Shown here piece after piece: positions 48,842 to 51,673 of a stretch of 51,673 nt of DNA. The translations under genes were made by a program, and so were the position numbers. Source of the stretch: Atractiella rhizophila (Eukaryota); NCBI GenBank assembly GCA_021432655.1, contig MU271508.1, positions 1 to 51,673 on the forward strand, written 5' to 3'. Position 1 is the first letter of the stretch. The number at the start of each line of letters is the position of its first letter. The notes beneath the pieces were generated by a model, which saw only the letters and a program-made list of their open reading frames with translations, did no database searches and was not told the origin of the DNA.

Positions 48842-50676
48842 CTATCTCCTACTCTTACTCCTCTTGCCTGCAGCCGAATTCGAATCGACCGTCTGAACCT
48901 CCTCCTCCTCAGCGTCCATATCAACTCCAACACCAGGCAAATTGAGCATATCCCACTGAACATCCTCCGCACCTCCGTCAGCCGCAGCTTCGACAAAGGC
49001 TTGCTCTTCATGATCGACTTCATCTACATGATCCAGTGTTGGGAGGAAATCTTCGTCCTCATCCTCCGAACTCTGACGCGACTCTCGAACGTGGGAGCGT
49101 GAAGAGGAGATCGGAAGGATGGAGATGTGCTCTTGAAGCGTCTCCCGTTTCACGGCTGACGTGTCCTCCTGTTCAGCCCCTCTTCAGTAAATGGGATAGG
49201 GCTGATAAGTGAGAAAAAGCACGATGTCGAATTCATCCTCTCTCTCTTCGTATTCTACGTTCTCTTCTAATTCCTCGAATCCCGGCGCATATGCAGCCCA
49301 TGTTTCAGCTACGCTGGTGCTCCATATGTGAATGAGACCAATATTCGAGACCGATGCGACCACCGGCCGTGTGGGATGCCACTGTCGCAACAATTTAGTA
49401 GAGTGCGAGAAATGACTGAGGATAAGCACATCAAAGTCTTCGAAAGGATCCGGTGGACCTTCTAGCATCTTTACGAGCACTCCAGCTGCACGGTCCCAGA
49501 TATGGATATTATGAGCTGCCTTATCGCCAGCCCCTATCATCCGATGTTGGTAACATCACCATCGAATAGTCCTACTTACCACCTACGACGTAGTCGCCAC
49601 TTGTTGAAAAGCCACAGCCAGTCCATGGCATCTTGTTAACGAGATCTTGAAATCTATGGAATCCGTGAGCATTCCTTAGACGAGGGAGAGGAACCGCGCA
49701 CCGATGATCCAGTCGCACGCTAAAATCCTTCTCGAGTCCAAACACACGAATGCTCCGATCCGACGAATTTGTGACAATGGAGGTTCCGCGTTTGTCAAAG
49801 CGCAGGGTCTTGATCAAGGCTGGCGGCGTAAGAGGTACAGTGTTGACAAGCTGCCAAACGTTGAGATTTCGCAGGGAGGGGTGAGGCGCTGACACACTTG
49901 TTTTGTGTTCGCGTCAAATATCCGCAGGTTTCCCTGACTGGTGCCCACGTAGATGAAATCTCCCGTAGGAGTAAATCGGGCGACCGTTGAATATTCTCTG
50001 TTTGAGCATTAGTCTTTGTTGAGAATAGAGAAAGACGCACTTTCGCTTTTTGCTGCCTTCCTCGAGATTGGGGTGGGTTGCAACATCAAGCTCCCACCGC
50101 ATTCCGCTTGTCAAGTCCACCAAGACAGCTTCCGACTGTAACGCCAGAGTTACCAGGATGAGTTTCCTACAATACGTCACACGCTTTCTCAAGCTATGGT
50201 AAGCAAAAAAAACCTGTTTTGAGGATGGAATTCAGCACTGCTAACAGGAGCATCGAAACGAATCGTATCGCTCCTCTCGCCATGCTTGAGATCCCAAATT
50301 ATCACATTCCAGTCCCTACTCGCGCTGAGAACATGGCGCCCGTTTCTACTCCAACTAGGTATCTTCGTCAGCAGTGTCGTCGAGTAAAACGGGCGAACTC
50401 ACGAAATGGCCGAAATGGCCTTTACGTGTCCCTCCAAAAAGCGCACGATACCTTTGGTTTCCAAATCAATGATAGAGACACAGCCGTCCGACCTTCCAAC
50501 GGCCAGAAAGTGTCCTGCAAACTTGCCTCGAGGATTGAAGCGTGCAATGAGGGCCGACGCGTCCAAAGAAGACTCCACGAACTCGGGCAGCTCCTGTGCA
50601 AATGTGTCTACTCAAGAATTCCAGTTGAATATAGCAAAAGAGCAGTGAGAAGCGCACTTAGTAGCTCTAAATTCAT
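48842..50676 (-). CDS. SWD1: COMPASS WD40 subunit Swd1/RBBP5
   Basis: MNLELL, WSRNGRHVLSASRDWNVIIWDL, TNSSDRSIRVF, HRFQDLVNKMPW, HNIHIWDR...LVKMLEGP, WHPTRP and WAAYAPGFEELEENVEYEEREDEFD. Confidence 0.95.
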
Positions 50677-51479
50677 CCAGCCTCGATCTAAGCAGTCAAA
50701 CTTTAGGACAAGTAGCCACACTCCCGACGTGAGCGCTGTAACCTTTTGTAGATGTTCAAAATTCACCAAAATAAGTCGCAGATTAGCTAGAGTGTGTTGA
50801 AGGCTGAACGAGGAGGATTTGTTAGAGAGAAGTGATGCTGAGATTGGTTGTTGGATCTGCGCAGTAATATTAACTTTCCATTGGGCCGGTTCAATCTAAA
50901 GTCTCCTCTAATCTGGTTTACAACTTTGCCCCAGACTACTGGTAGTTAATCCCCAGCTCCCTTGTCCAGACTATGTGCTGTAACTGCTGTGATTCGGTTC
51001 GAGCCGATCAGAGTAAACGTTGTACTCAAAGTGAAGCTGTGGCCTGAAGCACTAGTATTCTCGGTCTCACAGTAACGTAGTTCAAGCAACCTGAGCGAGC
51101 GAGAGGGTTATGTTGGGTCCTACCGTACTAGTCGAGTGAGAGGGTTTTGCTAGATCCTTACCGTACTCAAAATGAAGCGTTTCAAACTTATAACGGGGCC
51201 GTCGTCAGAGAGTTTCCGAGTTAGAAGGTATGAAATGCTAGGCGGCACCTGAAAGAATATCGGTGACGTTGTTCAGGGGGCTAGCATCCGCAATCACGGC
51301 GGACAGGTTTCGTTAACCCTAGATTTCGACGACTGTGTTGGAGTATCAAAGAGACTACTGTGAAGGCCACAAGCGTGATCGCAAAGAAAGGATGTCTTGG
51401 AAAGCTTGTGCGGCCTGACAGGCAGCATGCTCACGGAGAGTGAACGTTGAAATATTAGTAGGATTACCGATTATGTCTA

Positions 51480-51673
51480 CTAGTAGATGCCAGGGAAGAT
51501 TCGAGACGGAACTTTCTTGCAATAGATGTCCCAGTCCTTTCCATACCTGCACCCTGATAAGCCTCCAACCGACGACTCTAGCAAAGACGCACTTCTTCTT
51601 ACAGTTTTCATCGTCCCGACGCTGCCTATGTACTAAAAGCACAAGGAAGTATACAAAGTAGAAGTAGGTCAAA
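51480..51673 (-). CDS. ERG24: C-14 sterol reductase (Erg24/LBR family), last two exons only
   Basis: TYFYFVYFLVLLVHRQRRDDENCKKK | YGKDWDIYCKKVPSRIFPGIY*. Stop TAG at 51482-51480. Confidence 0.88.

Noticed and set aside
51311..51322. TAACCCTA as a telomerase RNA template
   Set aside because: Only 8 nt, no downstream U-rich/A-rich pseudoknot is visible, and it can pair with 51104-51110. Kept only as part of the structured-region finding.
51230..51400. Group I intron core (TGCTAG/CTAGCA, GAGACTA)
   Set aside because: No downstream TAGTC partner for P7 and no host exon.
1..51673. CRISPR arrays, tRNA or rRNA genes, autonomous transposons, prokaryotic defence systems
   Set aside because: I saw no repeat-spacer array, cloverleaf, rRNA sequence, or transposase/RT/integrase motif. 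The sequence is eukaryotic and spliced.

Overview
Gene-dense, intron-rich fungal nuclear DNA. The ~45-80 nt GT-AG introns and the gene content suggest a basidiomycete; that taxonomy is inferred. About 23 protein-coding genes can be reconstructed by hand-splicing: CHL1 helicase (partial), a disordered orphan, a Spo71/Mug56-like PH protein, BET2, a mitochondrial PPR-like protein, a small orphan, three paralogous mitochondrial-type tandem RRM-like proteins, an SCP-x-type thiolase, a Leu5-like CoA carrier, a MOCS1 (MoaA+MoaC) locus, a cyclase-family protein, DUS4, a golgin-like coiled coil, LTV1, a stand-alone voltage-sensor-like protein, MMS21/NSE2, a gene broken by a 524-N gap, an SH3 membrane protein, ESS2, a bHLH factor, translin, SWD1 and ERG24 (partial). 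Main observations: (1) In MOCS1, the MoaA stop codon doubles as an alternative 3' splice acceptor. One choice gives MoaA ending in GG; the other gives a MoaA-MoaC fusion with an internal presequence-like linker. (2) An unrecognised three-member family of mitochondrial RRM-like proteins shares intron positions. (3) The few long introns are strongly structured, including a 490-nt LTV1 intron that may host an ncRNA. (4) One CHL1 intron looks like two abutting introns with a zero-nt exon. (5) A 1.3-kb tandem duplication and an unexplained structured intergenic region near 51.0-51.4 kb. Several anomalies are probably assembly or homopolymer artefacts. All homology calls come from motif recognition, not database searches.
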